DNA of 64,000 bases, from the NCBI GenBank assembly GCA_000708835.1, contig DF237270.1:1-64000 (forward strand), given 5' to 3'. Positions within the stretch are counted from its first letter, which is position 1; each line of letters opens with the position of its first letter. Made by a program: the position numbers and the translations under genes. The DNA is from Klebsormidium nitens. Lineage: Eukaryota; Plantae; Klebsormidiophyceae. This document shows positions 26,722-38,400 of this stretch, piece after piece. The notes beneath the pieces were generated by a model that was not told the origin of the DNA, did no database searches, and saw only the letters and a program-made list of their open reading frames with translations.

Positions 26722-27435
26722 GCTGATCTAAGCTGATATAAACAGAGCTTCAGTGTACCCCTTATTACTCTCCGTACTGCTTCAGATATCATCTAATACA
26801 ATGCTGGTATGGGACCTTGCTATATCTCTCTAGTAGCTCACCACGCAGCAGATGCAATTTCTTAAGTGCATAACAACCCTCCACATAGTATCTTTGAAGA
26901 CCAACCACGTGCACAGCATTCCATCATCATATCGTCCTGGAGATCTTAGCATTGCTTATACCTTAAGGCGCATACCAGGGCAACCGCCTGCAAACACGCC
27001 AACGTGCGAAAGGCCGTGCTCTTTTCAGACAGCAGCACGGATCCAGGAACAGCAGCACGGACCTACCGTACTTAGCTGAGAGAACTAGCGTCCTAGCTGC
27101 GCCGCACGCTGCTTCTGCAGCCGCCTGCTCAATGGCTATTTACAGGACTGATGTGCAAGTGGCAGATTTCAATTGGTGCCTACGACTCCAACGTGGCGCC
27201 GCAGACGCCACGTGACACTGCCATCATGACTGCAGTTGTTCAGAACCCGGCTGTTGGTCTTAGTTTGAAGCTCTGGGATCATGGAACCAACTCTGCAGAC
27301 ACGCGGTAATGGTTGAGGTGTTCGGGAATCGTTGTCGTTGACGCGCCAAAAACGGAAGGCATGATACGATGATGGAATTTTGAGCGTTGTCGGACCTGTG
27401 CTTTCTTCTCCTCCAGGCGCATTCTCACTGTCAGG
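26722..27435. promoter_or_regulatory. Short head-to-head intergenic region, putative bidirectional promoter (MFS-B / SRR1)
   Basis: Start codons at 26721 (-) and 27436 (+) are 714 bp apart. Inferred from geometry only. Confidence 0.45.
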
Positions 27436-30400
27436 ATGGCGCCGCAGGCTCCTGAGGAGGACGGCTGGACGGTTGTTGGAAGAGTCCGAAGCAAAGGTGC
27501 AGAGAAGGATGGGAGACGACCTGTCCCTCAGAAGGTGACGGTGCAGCTGCAACGAGAAGCAATGCCGGTGTTGAATGGTTGGGGAGGTCTGACAGATTTC
27601 TATGGTCAAGGAACTAAGTTGAGCAGAAAGGGGAGTGGGAAGAAAGTCCGTCAGAACTCTGTTGGGGCAAAGGACGACATTTCAAGGCTGGTGGAAAAAG
27701 TGGAGGGTGCAAGGTAAGCGCTCTTGTTAGGTTAAAATCTGATAAGCGGATGTTGATGGTGAAGAAAAGCAGCTTTGATCGCTTCTGCCTAATAGCGCTG
27801 TCTTTTGATGGTAATTAACACCATGAGATAATTCCTTTTATGTGCCCTCCTTGCATCTGTATCCAAACAATTATCTGACAGTGTTCATTCAAGCCAGTTG
27901 TTAAGTTGAAAGCTTTGCTCCGATGCCGATTTCACTCTTTGTTCACTTCCAAATTGGTTATCCAAATCAGAACTCACTGCTCGAACATTCATCTCTACGA
28001 GCTCTTTGAAAAAGTCCTAGGCTCCAAGTCTCCTAGGCTTTAAATGGCACCAAACAGTGTCTCTTGTCATTTGCAGGCTGGCCGTTGAGACCTCGGAGTT
28101 TTACCAGCGCTTTTTGGAAGCCTGGAAAAGCAAGAATCTCTCCGTTGTCTTGGAGGAGACCCCCAGCCCCCCTCCCTCTCCAACAGAATCGAAACAGCCC
28201 TCCCCGAATATACCCGCTCAGAACCCCGACCGACTACAAACGTCGGGTATAGAAGCAGCCTCCAGCAAACCCTTTGAGAACGTTGTGGCTGTAAACCATG
28301 AAAACGAAGCAGGAATTGAAAGATCAAACGGTGGCGCTTTACCTGGCGACGAGCGGACGGGGTCTGATGGTCAAAGTCCTGCAAACCCTGGACCGGCAGA
28401 TTTGTGTTTCAAACATGAGACAGCAGGCAGCACGGGGTCAACAAAGGAGTCGGAGTGCATCAAGCATCTCGATATTGTGGTCTACGGTGTTGGGAGCATT
28501 TCAGGAAGCGACACGTCCAGGTGTCAGCTGGCGTTTGCGCTGCTGTTGAAGCAACTTGTGCCGGTGAGTTGTTCGAGTCGGACCAGACCTCCATTCCCTA
28601 TGGTGCATTTATAGGAGATGAGCTTAGGCTCCATCGAGAGTCAGTCCTTTCTCATGGCTTTGATTGGCTTTTGCCATACGAACCTCTCTGTCAGAGTCTT
28701 CTAAGGAGGTGCTAGCTCTACCTTTCGTCAGATTCCAAGAATTCAAGATACTTCATGCTGTTGCGTTTCATCCTCTAATCGGAGAGCACTCTGCTTCGTA
28801 TGGTCAACAAAATTGATTCTCCATCTGACATCCCAACTGTCAATACCAATGCGTTCACCTCTGCTCCACTCAGTCATGTACCTTGTCGAAAAGTCTGGAG
28901 CATACAAGATAGCGTTGAAAAAATGCTGCGCTGTTTCAGATCCATCGTCCTTGCTTTCCGTACAGAATACCGACTATAAATTTGTCCCCAAACCGGTTTG
29001 TACAGCTATTGGAGTGGCACAGCTGACTTTCTTACTGTCAGGCCCCAAAAGCCGTTTCTCCTTGAATCCTCTCGTTCATGGCAACTTCATCACTGCAGAG
29101 TGCCGATCGTCTCCTCGTCTACGACCCCGCTTTCTCAGAGGTCGACCGTCAGGCGCTCGAGCGGCTTGGTTGTGACGTCATCAACGTGAATGAGGAGGGC
29201 AAACGGAGCGCCGCCCGCCCCACGCTGTTCTATATGCCCCACTGCGAGGAGTGGATGTACGATAACGTGCTGTCGGCGAATTGGGATGCGGAGCGTTTGG
29301 GGCGGGTTGCCATTCTGGGGAACAGCTTTGGGAATTACTATGACAGGTGGGTGCACGGTTGGAGATGCCTCGTCCTCTGCTCGCTCTTGGCCGGACTGTT
29401 CTTTGAGTTCTCTTCAAGAGATTTAGGTGGTGTGTCTGAGAATCTCGTTTCCTCAGCTGAAACACGAGTAAAGGTTTTCCAGCAAAGTTAGGAGTGCTCA
29501 CTTCGCGACTGCTTAGAATGGAAGCAACTGAGCTTGTTGCGAATCCAATGGACCAAGCCGTGGGAAGAGGCGATGGTTAGTCTTCTGAATAGCTGCTGAG
29601 CCCAAGCGAATAAAGCACGCTCTTCAAGGTCGTTTGAGTGAAACTGCTCTAGAATCTCAATGTTACAACTTCTCTCGCAGGCTTGATTCGTGTTTGCGGA
29701 AAAGAGTGCCTTTTATACTTACAAGAGCCTTCCCAGACCATTAAAGCATCCTTCGGAAGTTCTAGCCCTACGTCGCTCCTTACTTGATATAGAGCTAAGA
29801 AGAGTGCCCTATCTATCGGTATTGACAAGAGCAGCATGAAATTACGCTTTGAGAGTTATTTAAACAAGAGGAAGAATCAGGAAGTCTTAGTTCCCTAAGT
29901 CGCTCCTCGCAGGCTTGGATTGTATTCCGCTGAGATGAAAGCGCATATGCGGCACATTCGGCACGTTGCTTCGGTGTTGGAGGAGTTGCGGATACACGAC
30001 CTCGGCTTCCCCAACGCTTCCGCTTTCAACGACATGAGGTGAGAGCTCGAGCGGGTCTGTTTCTTGTTGAAAGAAAGGGCCGGCACGCAGGGTCTGCGGT
30101 ATTTAAGGACGTCGAATGTAAGTCAATCGCGGTTTGTCATAAATGGTCAACAACAAGCGACCTATTGCGTGGAAAGCCTGCTTTCAAGTCGCTGGCAGGG
30201 GATCAGACAGCCGACGCCTTCTTTATTTGGTTTCTAATTGTAAGTTCCGACATTTGGAACGGTGAAACATCCTGCTTGGCCCGACGGCACCGACGATTTA
30301 CAAGCAAGGGTGAAGGCTAGCGTGAGGTCTAAAGCGTTCGCGTTTTTTCGGTTATGGCTTAGTCTTGACGGACGAACGTCTTTCAGGCCAATCTTCTCGA

Positions 30401-30656
30401 CACAAGCCGACATCTCAGACCGCTTTTGCCTTCTTGAGGCCCCTGATGCGACATCTTAGACCGCTTTTGCCTTCTTGAGGCTCCTAATGGCATGTACGCA
30501 GTTTCCTTTCATCACAAAGAAAGAGGCGCAACTTTTTGGTGGTTGAATGAAAGGTGACGATTCCATCCTGAGCTCTGTTCGTTACTCTGCAGTTGGCACT
30601 CCTTCAAAGTTGCTGCCCAGGAGACCTTCTTTTCGGGGCTCCAGCTTGTAGAATGA
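27436..30656 (+). CDS. SRR1: SRR1-like protein (SENSITIVITY TO RED LIGHT REDUCED 1 domain), 5 exons
   Basis: Exons about 27436-27712, 28077-28563, 29096-29346, 29913-30038, 30593-30656. Motifs: N-terminal WTVV, IVVYGVGS, CQLAFALLL, YDPAFSEVD, TLFYMPHCE, NVLSANW, ILGNSF, SAFNDMSWHSF. Confidence 0.9.
30409..30490. repeat. 41-bp tandem duplication in the last SRR1 intron
   Basis: gacatct(c/t)agaccgcttttgccttcttgaggc occurs at 30409 and 30450. Confidence 0.9.
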
Positions 30657-31801
30657 GAAGTAGATGCGGGAATCAGGACGCGATTCTTATCAGGTCTTGT
30701 TCAGGAGCAGTGTCACACTTGCACACAACCCGAATAAGCGCGGTCTACTCTATCACTGCGTTGTTGCTTGCCTTTAGCACGATCATTGGTATCAACAAGG
30801 TGAAAGCCACTATTTGGTCGGCGCTATGGTCGCCTGTCCAATCATCAACTTGACCAGTGCTGCAGTCTGGCCCGTCTTACACACCGGTCCGAGGTGACGG
30901 CGTGCATTTAAGGTGACCCGACAGTGCGCGTATAACGAGATGGCTTTGCTTCAGTACACATGAAGAACTTTTGTTGAGTCTTGCTAGCTGTGGCTCCTTG
31001 TATGACAAGCACGCTCACGAAGTTCATTTGGCCGGGACTTTTAGTACGTGCGGCCAGATTCCATGTGGATTACGTATACATAGACCGGTTTGACTTGATC
31101 GGACCGAATATTGCTTGAAGTCACACACACGCCCACATATGTGCAGACTATAGTGAATGCCGTGAATTATGTACTGATCTTGCTATGAAACCCGGGGCCT
31201 AGCTGCATCCATGTAATCGCATACAATATTCCGACAACCAAACTAGTAGGCTCGTGCCAGCCATGCCATGCCACATGATGGTATATCAGATCCACATGCA
31301 AAGCACCAGGCGGTCATGAGTGCAGGTTCGAGCTCAGGCTGGCGTGTAACGTTTTGATCATTGAGCTGTTACGTAATCTATTGCAGATTGAATCTGCTGT
31401 ACCGTTTGCATTGCAACCAAACATGGGTATCATCGTCAGTTGCGATAGAATCTGATGGGCGTCGAGCCTAGCGTGTGGAGAGAGCGGATCACTTGATCTT
31501 TCTTGAAGAGATCTTGAGTTCTTCAGTGCATCCAGATATAACGTGCAACTCTGGTATCATCAGAATTTACAAAGTGGTTAGTGCAAAGTATCCCAACATA
31601 GAACCGTCTTCTTTTCTCTGACGCAGTTTACAAGGCTGGGCATGCCTAAATCACGTGTCCAACAGAAAAAGATCGCCGTCCAGCGTCCTGGTTGGCGAAG
31701 CCTAAATTGCAGCCCCATTGAAATGTTCCGAACGTTTTGGAACACACTTAATCAAAGCCAAAACTGGGGACCGCCCATGATATCCTTCAAGGTATTCATC
31801 T

Positions 31802-33201
31802 TTACTTGGAAACGTCCACACCCTTCCAGAAGGCAACGTGGTCCTTGATGTTGGCGGCAGCGGCCTTCGGGTTCTCATACGTCCTGCATTCAATGGCAAG
31901 TTCTTACATCAGGGTATGACGATAGAAAGCCAGACCGTTCCTCTCAGGACAAAACAAAGTCAGGACAAGAAGAAACTCTTGATCTGTATCCAGACTTGCA
32001 CTATCCTTTATGGTCCCCTCCGCTTTCACCTGTGACATCTTTGATCTGGGCGCTCTGGGTTTTGATATATAGACCAAGCTGAAAGGAGACCCGGTTGAAG
32101 CACGTGAACGAACGACACAGCCAGATCACGTCGGGCTTGCAGCCTCCAGATAAGAGGAGCACCACATGATTCACAAAGCTTTGCAGACAGATTGCACGGC
32201 CTTGGACATAACGACTCTTGACAATCAGATTGTCCTACACGGTGGAAGAATTCATTGCTTGTAAAGAAAGCCCATCAGCCCTTTAGCCAGCATAAAAGCG
32301 GCCACCTAAAGCTCTAAATATAGCGCCGCAAAGCAGTCTACAGGGAACATGCAGCAATCGGTTATTTCATCTGCATTAGAACTAGCTGTTAGACTACCGT
32401 ACAGCGCATACAGTGATCGTCCTTCCGCATAGAATTGGAAAGGTCTGACCCTATGCCGCTCTTAAAAAGATAGTTCATTGAATAACAACTGGAATTAAGA
32501 CCATGAATAATTGATACGGGAAAGCGCAGGTCTTGTCCATCTTTGTAAGAAGGCAAAGATGATACAAGCGAATGGACATAAAGTAGCCCGCCACCTTCAT
32601 CTCATACCAAACTGCCTCCAGAGATTGAATGGAAAGAGACCCACCCAGGAACAATTCTTGGAATATCAATGATCCTGATCGTGGCATTAAATTTTTTTGA
32701 GCACTTGAAGCAACTGTTGACTAGACCTCTTGACCACACTCAAAAAAATGGCTCCAATCACCGAGGTGACTGAGCCACTCATAGAATAATTCTTGAGCAA
32801 ACAAGTCTACCATCAGGATCTATCGAAACCGTCCATATGCAATGCTGTGCACCATTTGCAATGCTGTGATGATTGAAAGACCGACAGCACTCCCTCAAAG
32901 CCAGTCCGTCTGCAAGGTCACACGCTCCGAACAGCAGCTTTCCTCACACGCCCACCAAGCATACATCCAAACCAATCACAGCATTCCTCGGTACTCACCA
33001 GACGGCATCCTTGTTCTCCTTCCCATCAACGCTCAGCGTGTAGTAGCTGGCGGTGCCCTTCCACGGGCAGACCGACGTGGTGTCGGTCTTCTTGAAGTAC
33101 TCTGACTTGATCGAGCTCTTGGGGAAATACACGTTGTTCTCCACCGTCTCAAACTTGTCGGACTCGGCGACCACAACGCCGTTCCATGTGGCCTTCGGCA
33201 T
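31802..33201 (-). CDS. DUF427 (NTP_transf_9) family small protein, 2 exons, about 95 aa
   Basis: Exon 1 (33201-32999) MPKATWNGVVVAESD...NVYFPKSS...CPWKGTASYY...AV joins across a split Trp codon (TG|G) to exon 2 (31883-31802) WTYENPKAAAANIKDHVAFWKGVDVSK*. YFP, CPWKG-ASYY and AFW are hallmark motifs of the family. Confidence 0.92.
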
Positions 33202-33816
33202 GGTGACTGCTGATTACAGGTGGCGAAGCGGAGCAACAAAGTGCTGAAATGCAGATGGAAGAGGGCTGGGGGTCAATCGCTAAATGCTGATTGAACTTGT
33301 TGAGCACTTTGAGAGCAGATGATGTGAATGAATCTCAAGTGTTGCAAAGACGGCTTCCTTCTGGGCAGATTTATTAGTACAACCTCAGCAAGTAGATTGT
33401 AGAAGCAGTGGTGGGCCCTTCTCAGGAAGATTCCTTCGAAGGTCTCAAAGCTGCACGAAAGCAGAAAGCAATGCACATGTGAACCTAGCCTAGCTGCCTA
33501 GCTAGCTGGCCAGTCTACTGCCGTCAAAGCTGCATACGCTATTGGAGAAACGGTGGTGGGTTCGACGACATTTAACTCCGACGACTTGCTCAAAGACCAA
33601 AAATCTTACGTCGTCGAAGGTGGGATTGTCCGCTGCGCAGTTGAATGAATGCATATGCATGCGTCGTCGAGCTCTGGGAACGACCATGGGTCCCCAAAGT
33701 CAGGGGGGCGGCAGCCCCCCCGATTCGTTACGAAAGTTGACTGCCGCTCGTTGACGTCCGCAACGACACGAGGTTCGTTACCACTGGAACGGGCGGGGGG
33801 GTTCGGGGGCGTCCCG

Positions 33817-33836
33817 NNNNNNNNNNNNNNNNNNNN
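33817..33836. other. Assembly gap (20 N) flanked by G-rich repeated sequence
   Basis: The N run is directly visible. Sequence after the gap repeats sequence before it with scattered single-base deletions. Confidence 0.95.
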
Positions 33837-35404
33837 GTTCGAAAAGTTGACTGCGCTGTTGACTCCGCAAGACACAGGTCGTTCACTGAAGCGGGGGGGT
33901 TCGGGGGGGCGCCCATGCACCTTCATTAGGTCTTGTACATATGTAAAAGCGAGGACCATTGTCCCATCTCGGTTTTCATGGTGTAGTTGGTTATCACATT
34001 CGCCTAACATTGGAGTCCGCACGACTTCATGGCACGCGAAAGGTCTCCAGTTCGAGCCTGGATGAAAACACGCAACACTTTTGCCACAGTACGTGAAGCG
34101 GCACGCCTTTCTTTTGCTGCTTCAATCTTCTTTGCCGGATCGTGTGCTGTCGGTGGCCCACTTCACCACAAGAAAAAGGCGGGGGGCTGCGCCCCCCCGC
34201 ACCCCCCCGCTGAGTTGAGGCTAGTTCACAGACGACGTCGGGCGGGCCCGTATAGTTGCCGCAGTTTGCATGGGGCCCAGAGGCTGTGATGCCCGCGTTC
34301 AATCCTTAACTACTAACAAGTGAGCCTAAGCCAACGGCTTAGCTGAGCCAGTGGCCCGCTTAGGGCGTTTGGCTCAAATAGGCCTTTTTTGGACTGGCAT
34401 TTGCCGACTGCAGACTACGGTTGCAAATTGCAGTCCCTGAGCGGGCGTTCACTGCGATGCCCCAAGAAGCGGTATGTTTTGGACTGCGTCCATCTTCGAA
34501 TGTTGACAGTATGGACGGTGATGACAGCGACCAAAATCGGGCTTGTCCAACTTGGCTAGTACGTAGGTACATATTGAAGAATTGAATTGTGATCGGTCGC
34601 TTATGAGTTCACAATACAGGATCATAACATCACGATTGCAATGTCATGGTAAATTGTAAAGCTCAGTGGTACCCTGGTAACCTCTGTATAAACTTTGTAA
34701 CTAAATCTTGGGGCGGCGCAGTGAAAGCCTTGGCATCAAATCGTGGCTATCATGCGCGCCCGGTTTCTGTTCACCGTTCTTATACATATGTATATTGTCG
34801 GTCATGCATATGCGAGGCCCCATCAAGATATCCAGACGGCTAACCTCATGACGCAAGCTAGGCGTACGTCAAACGTCTAGCAATAAGACGAGTATACGTC
34901 AACTCATCCTTCGTATTGGTGTTACTCTGCCCTCATCCAGCATTTTTCGGTTTCACTGATGAGGGCACTACTGCCAATGTTTTGCAGGCTCCCCAGGCGC
35001 AGTTTGATGCTAGGCACCTGCCAGTCTTTCGACATATCCGAACTTGAAATTTGGGATGGCGGTCTGGGCCGTATTTTTCAAAGGAAGGAGCAGGCAATGC
35101 ATCGACCTTGAGTACTCGGAACTCATAATGGAGTATTAGTTGAATAAACGACTTCGTTGCAATGTCAAGTATCTGGGCACTGGGGTCAAGATTGTTTGAT
35201 TCACGTTGAGGATACCATCTCATTGTAACCGTAGTGTACAAGGCAATCATCTCAACAATCGTCGTAAAAGTATGCGGACGCGACTTGCAACTCTAGACCT
35301 TTGGGGTAGCCTCTAATCGTCTTGAAGTACGAAAGCCTTGTCGCGTGGAAACGTATGTATGACACAGATTCTGCCCCTTTCGGGTGCAACAAGAAAAAGG
35401 TAGC

Positions 35405-38400
35405 TCAATCCAAGAAGAGAGGAGCCATGACGAGTGTGATCGTTGCTAACATTTTGATCAGAACATGGATGGAGGGCCCCGCCGTGTCCTTGAACGGGTC
35501 CCCTACCCTGCAAAGAGGCAAACCAACAAAGTTTGAGGCAAGTGCTCTGTCCTAGTTAATAATACAGCGAAACGAAATACCTATGAAGTGAATCTACTCC
35601 GCACACGAGTGACTCCGCTCCTCGTCATTCTCGTCATCGACCGGACTGCAGACTTGTACGAGACCCTCTTGACCCCAAGCACCTTCGCGCATAAGCGACC
35701 GGATACCAACATCGCCGGGTCCCTTGCACAGATCGAAACAACCATTTGTACTTGGACGTGACCGCTTGCTTAGATGGTCAATTCGTCGCCCTCAAGTCCA
35801 CAGCTCCAGCAGAATGACCACCAGAACCATTACAGCCATGCCAGATTTCCACCTTGTAACAATCTTCACCGACAGATCTTACCCCATGACGCCTTCTCGG
35901 AGACTTGTCTTTGAGCAACCAAGGATCACGACACACACAACCAGAATGGCTTCTGATCACGTGTGCTTCATGGAGAAATGTGAAACGAGCGCAGTTGCCT
36001 CAATGGAAGAAGACGAAAGAGCTCACGTGTCCCCCGTGATTGCCGCCTTGTGCGTGTCGCTCCCCTTGCCCCCCAGCGCCCCGCTCTCGATGAACTTTTT
36101 GGCGTTGTCCCACGCGCCGCCCGCCGTGTTCAGGAACAGCGCCATCAGGATTCCAGACACTGTGGCGAACATGAGCATCCCCGCCACAGCCTTGGCGCCC
36201 AGTAGGCTCTGCCCCGAGTACGCGCCGATTATCCGGAAGACGATGCCAACTAGGATGGGGGACCCCACGGCCAGCAGCCCGGGCTTCACCATCTCGCGCA
36301 GGGCCGACGTGGCCACCATGGAGACGCACCGCGCGTAGTCGGGCTTTTCTTGGTACGTCTGCGGAGGGTAGAAAAAAGAGCTAAGGCAACGTCTCAGCAG
36401 AAAGAAAGCCGGGATCCTAGCATTTGGGTTGACTGAGCAGATTGCATTGACGGGTGAGGATGAAAGAATATGGAAGTTGACGATCAGGCCTCGATAGGCT
36501 TCACTTCTCCAACGGCTGATGCTGGGCCAGACCAAGTCCTTATACTTGCTGATGTGCGTGCCGCGGTTGGGAAGCGGTACTGCCAAACCGCGAACAACCT
36601 TGACCTAAATTCAAAGAAGCCATTGAAATCTTCCGAGCACCGCATCGAGCTTGGAACACGAGTAACTAAGTCAGAACGGTCTGAGCACGCAATGACAATC
36701 TATATTGAGTAAAAGCTTGAAGACTGATGTCTGGGAGTGACGTCCGATGGAAACGACTCGCGAGCTGCCCGTTCCGCAGATGCACTTCAAGCCCCTTCCG
36801 TTATGATCAGGAAAGAGTGAACTGCCGATCGTCACCAAAAGCCGATGCTCACTCATCAATCCTCTCCCGTTTTTCCGGGGATCAAAACCCTCCCACCTTA
36901 GCATCCACGACCAGCGGATTCTCCCTATGATTCCCGGCTTCTCCAGCAAGAAACAGAGAAACCCAAAACCTTTCAAGACCCGGACGGGAAATCTTATCAC
37001 CCGTAATCCCCAGCCTTTCCAGGAACTAGAACAACATCCTAGAGTGTCAGATTCTGGTGTTTTCCCATCATCATTCCCGACTTCTTCAGAAACCAAAAGA
37101 AACCCTTTAACTTTTGATTGGTAAAACCAGCAACTTTCTCACCATGATCCCCGGCTTCTCCAGGAACTGCCGCCGCACCTCGTTGACCACCTCCTGCGCG
37201 GAGCGCCCGACTGCGGCGCAGGCCCATGCGGAGAACAGGTAGATGAGCATGGAGCCCAGCAGGCCGCCAACGAAGACCTCCGGGATGGCGATGTCCACTT
37301 GCGTGAAGGGGATCCCCGTGAAGCTGGACACCTGCAAAATTTTGTGTGAAGATAAGCAAGGGTTCTACAGGCTTGTTAAAGAGACACCGACATTCCTCGG
37401 GTCTGCCGGTGAGCGCCTGCGTGAATGGGACGCCAGTGAAGCTGGACACCTGCAGAAGAGTAGCGTCAACAGCAGGGGGTATACTGGGCCGCTGGGTTGA
37501 CACCAGCAGCCTCAGATACGACTCGGAGATGGCGGTGAGTATCTGCGCGAAAGGGATGCCCGTGAAGCTTGACAACTGCAATCTCCCCACGTCCACGTAT
37601 GCACTGTCCAGCAGGCATGATGCCAGAACCGTGATCCTAAAAACAAACCCTTTTGTTGTCCCCTTTGTCATGTTCCCAACGACGTGAGCAAGTCCGTTAT
37701 CTCTCCCCACTCTCGCCCTGCTGATCTCACCCGACTAATATATAAGCAACTTCGACTGTATCGTCTCACGCACCTCATCCATGTAGGCACTGAACAGCAG
37801 GAACGACGCCAGCGCCGCGCTCCCGATCGAGAACCCTTTGGTCGTCGCCTTTGTCGTGTTCCCGACGGCGTCGAGTAGGTCCGTGATCTCGCGCACGTTG
37901 TCCGGCTGCTGGCTCATCTCCACGATGCCGCCCGCGTTGTCCGCAATCGGTCCGAAGACGTCCATTGTGAGGACGTACGCGGCCGTGCTGAGCATGCCCA
38001 TCGTGGCGACCGCCGTGCCAAATAGGCCACCTATAGAGAAAAAGGTTGATACAAATTGAGACGGTACTTTTTGGGTTGCATCGGCGGGAGATCCGCAATC
38101 GGTCCGAACACGTCCAGAGTGAAGACGTACGCGGCTGTGCTGAGCATGCCCAAAGTGGCGACCGCCGTGCCAAACAGCCCACCTGATGAGGGAGGTAAAA
38201 TAATAAGGTTCATGCAGACAAAGACGACGTGATGAGCATTTTTGACGCACGTACTGCCACCCCCGTGCCAAAAAGGCGACCTGCAGTGTATAGAACCGTT
38301 ATCCTACAATGAACAATCAACTTCAACTTGCAGCACAGGTTTGTTGAGTGGTCGCACAGAGGATATCGTTTGTAACGAAGCACGGGGGCCTCCAGATTGA

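Noticed and set aside
31838-32035. VLDVGGSG resembling methyltransferase motif I
   Set aside because: It is the antisense of DUF427 exon 2.
33720-33912. Apparent ~100-bp tandem repeat across the N gap
   Set aside because: The second copy differs mainly by scattered single-base deletions, typical of a low-quality overlapping contig end; probably an artefact.
35322-35555. Plus-strand ORF with [10 protein letters not shown], resembling a hAT transposase C-terminus
   Set aside because: It is the antisense of the last H+-PPase exon ([20 protein letters not shown]).
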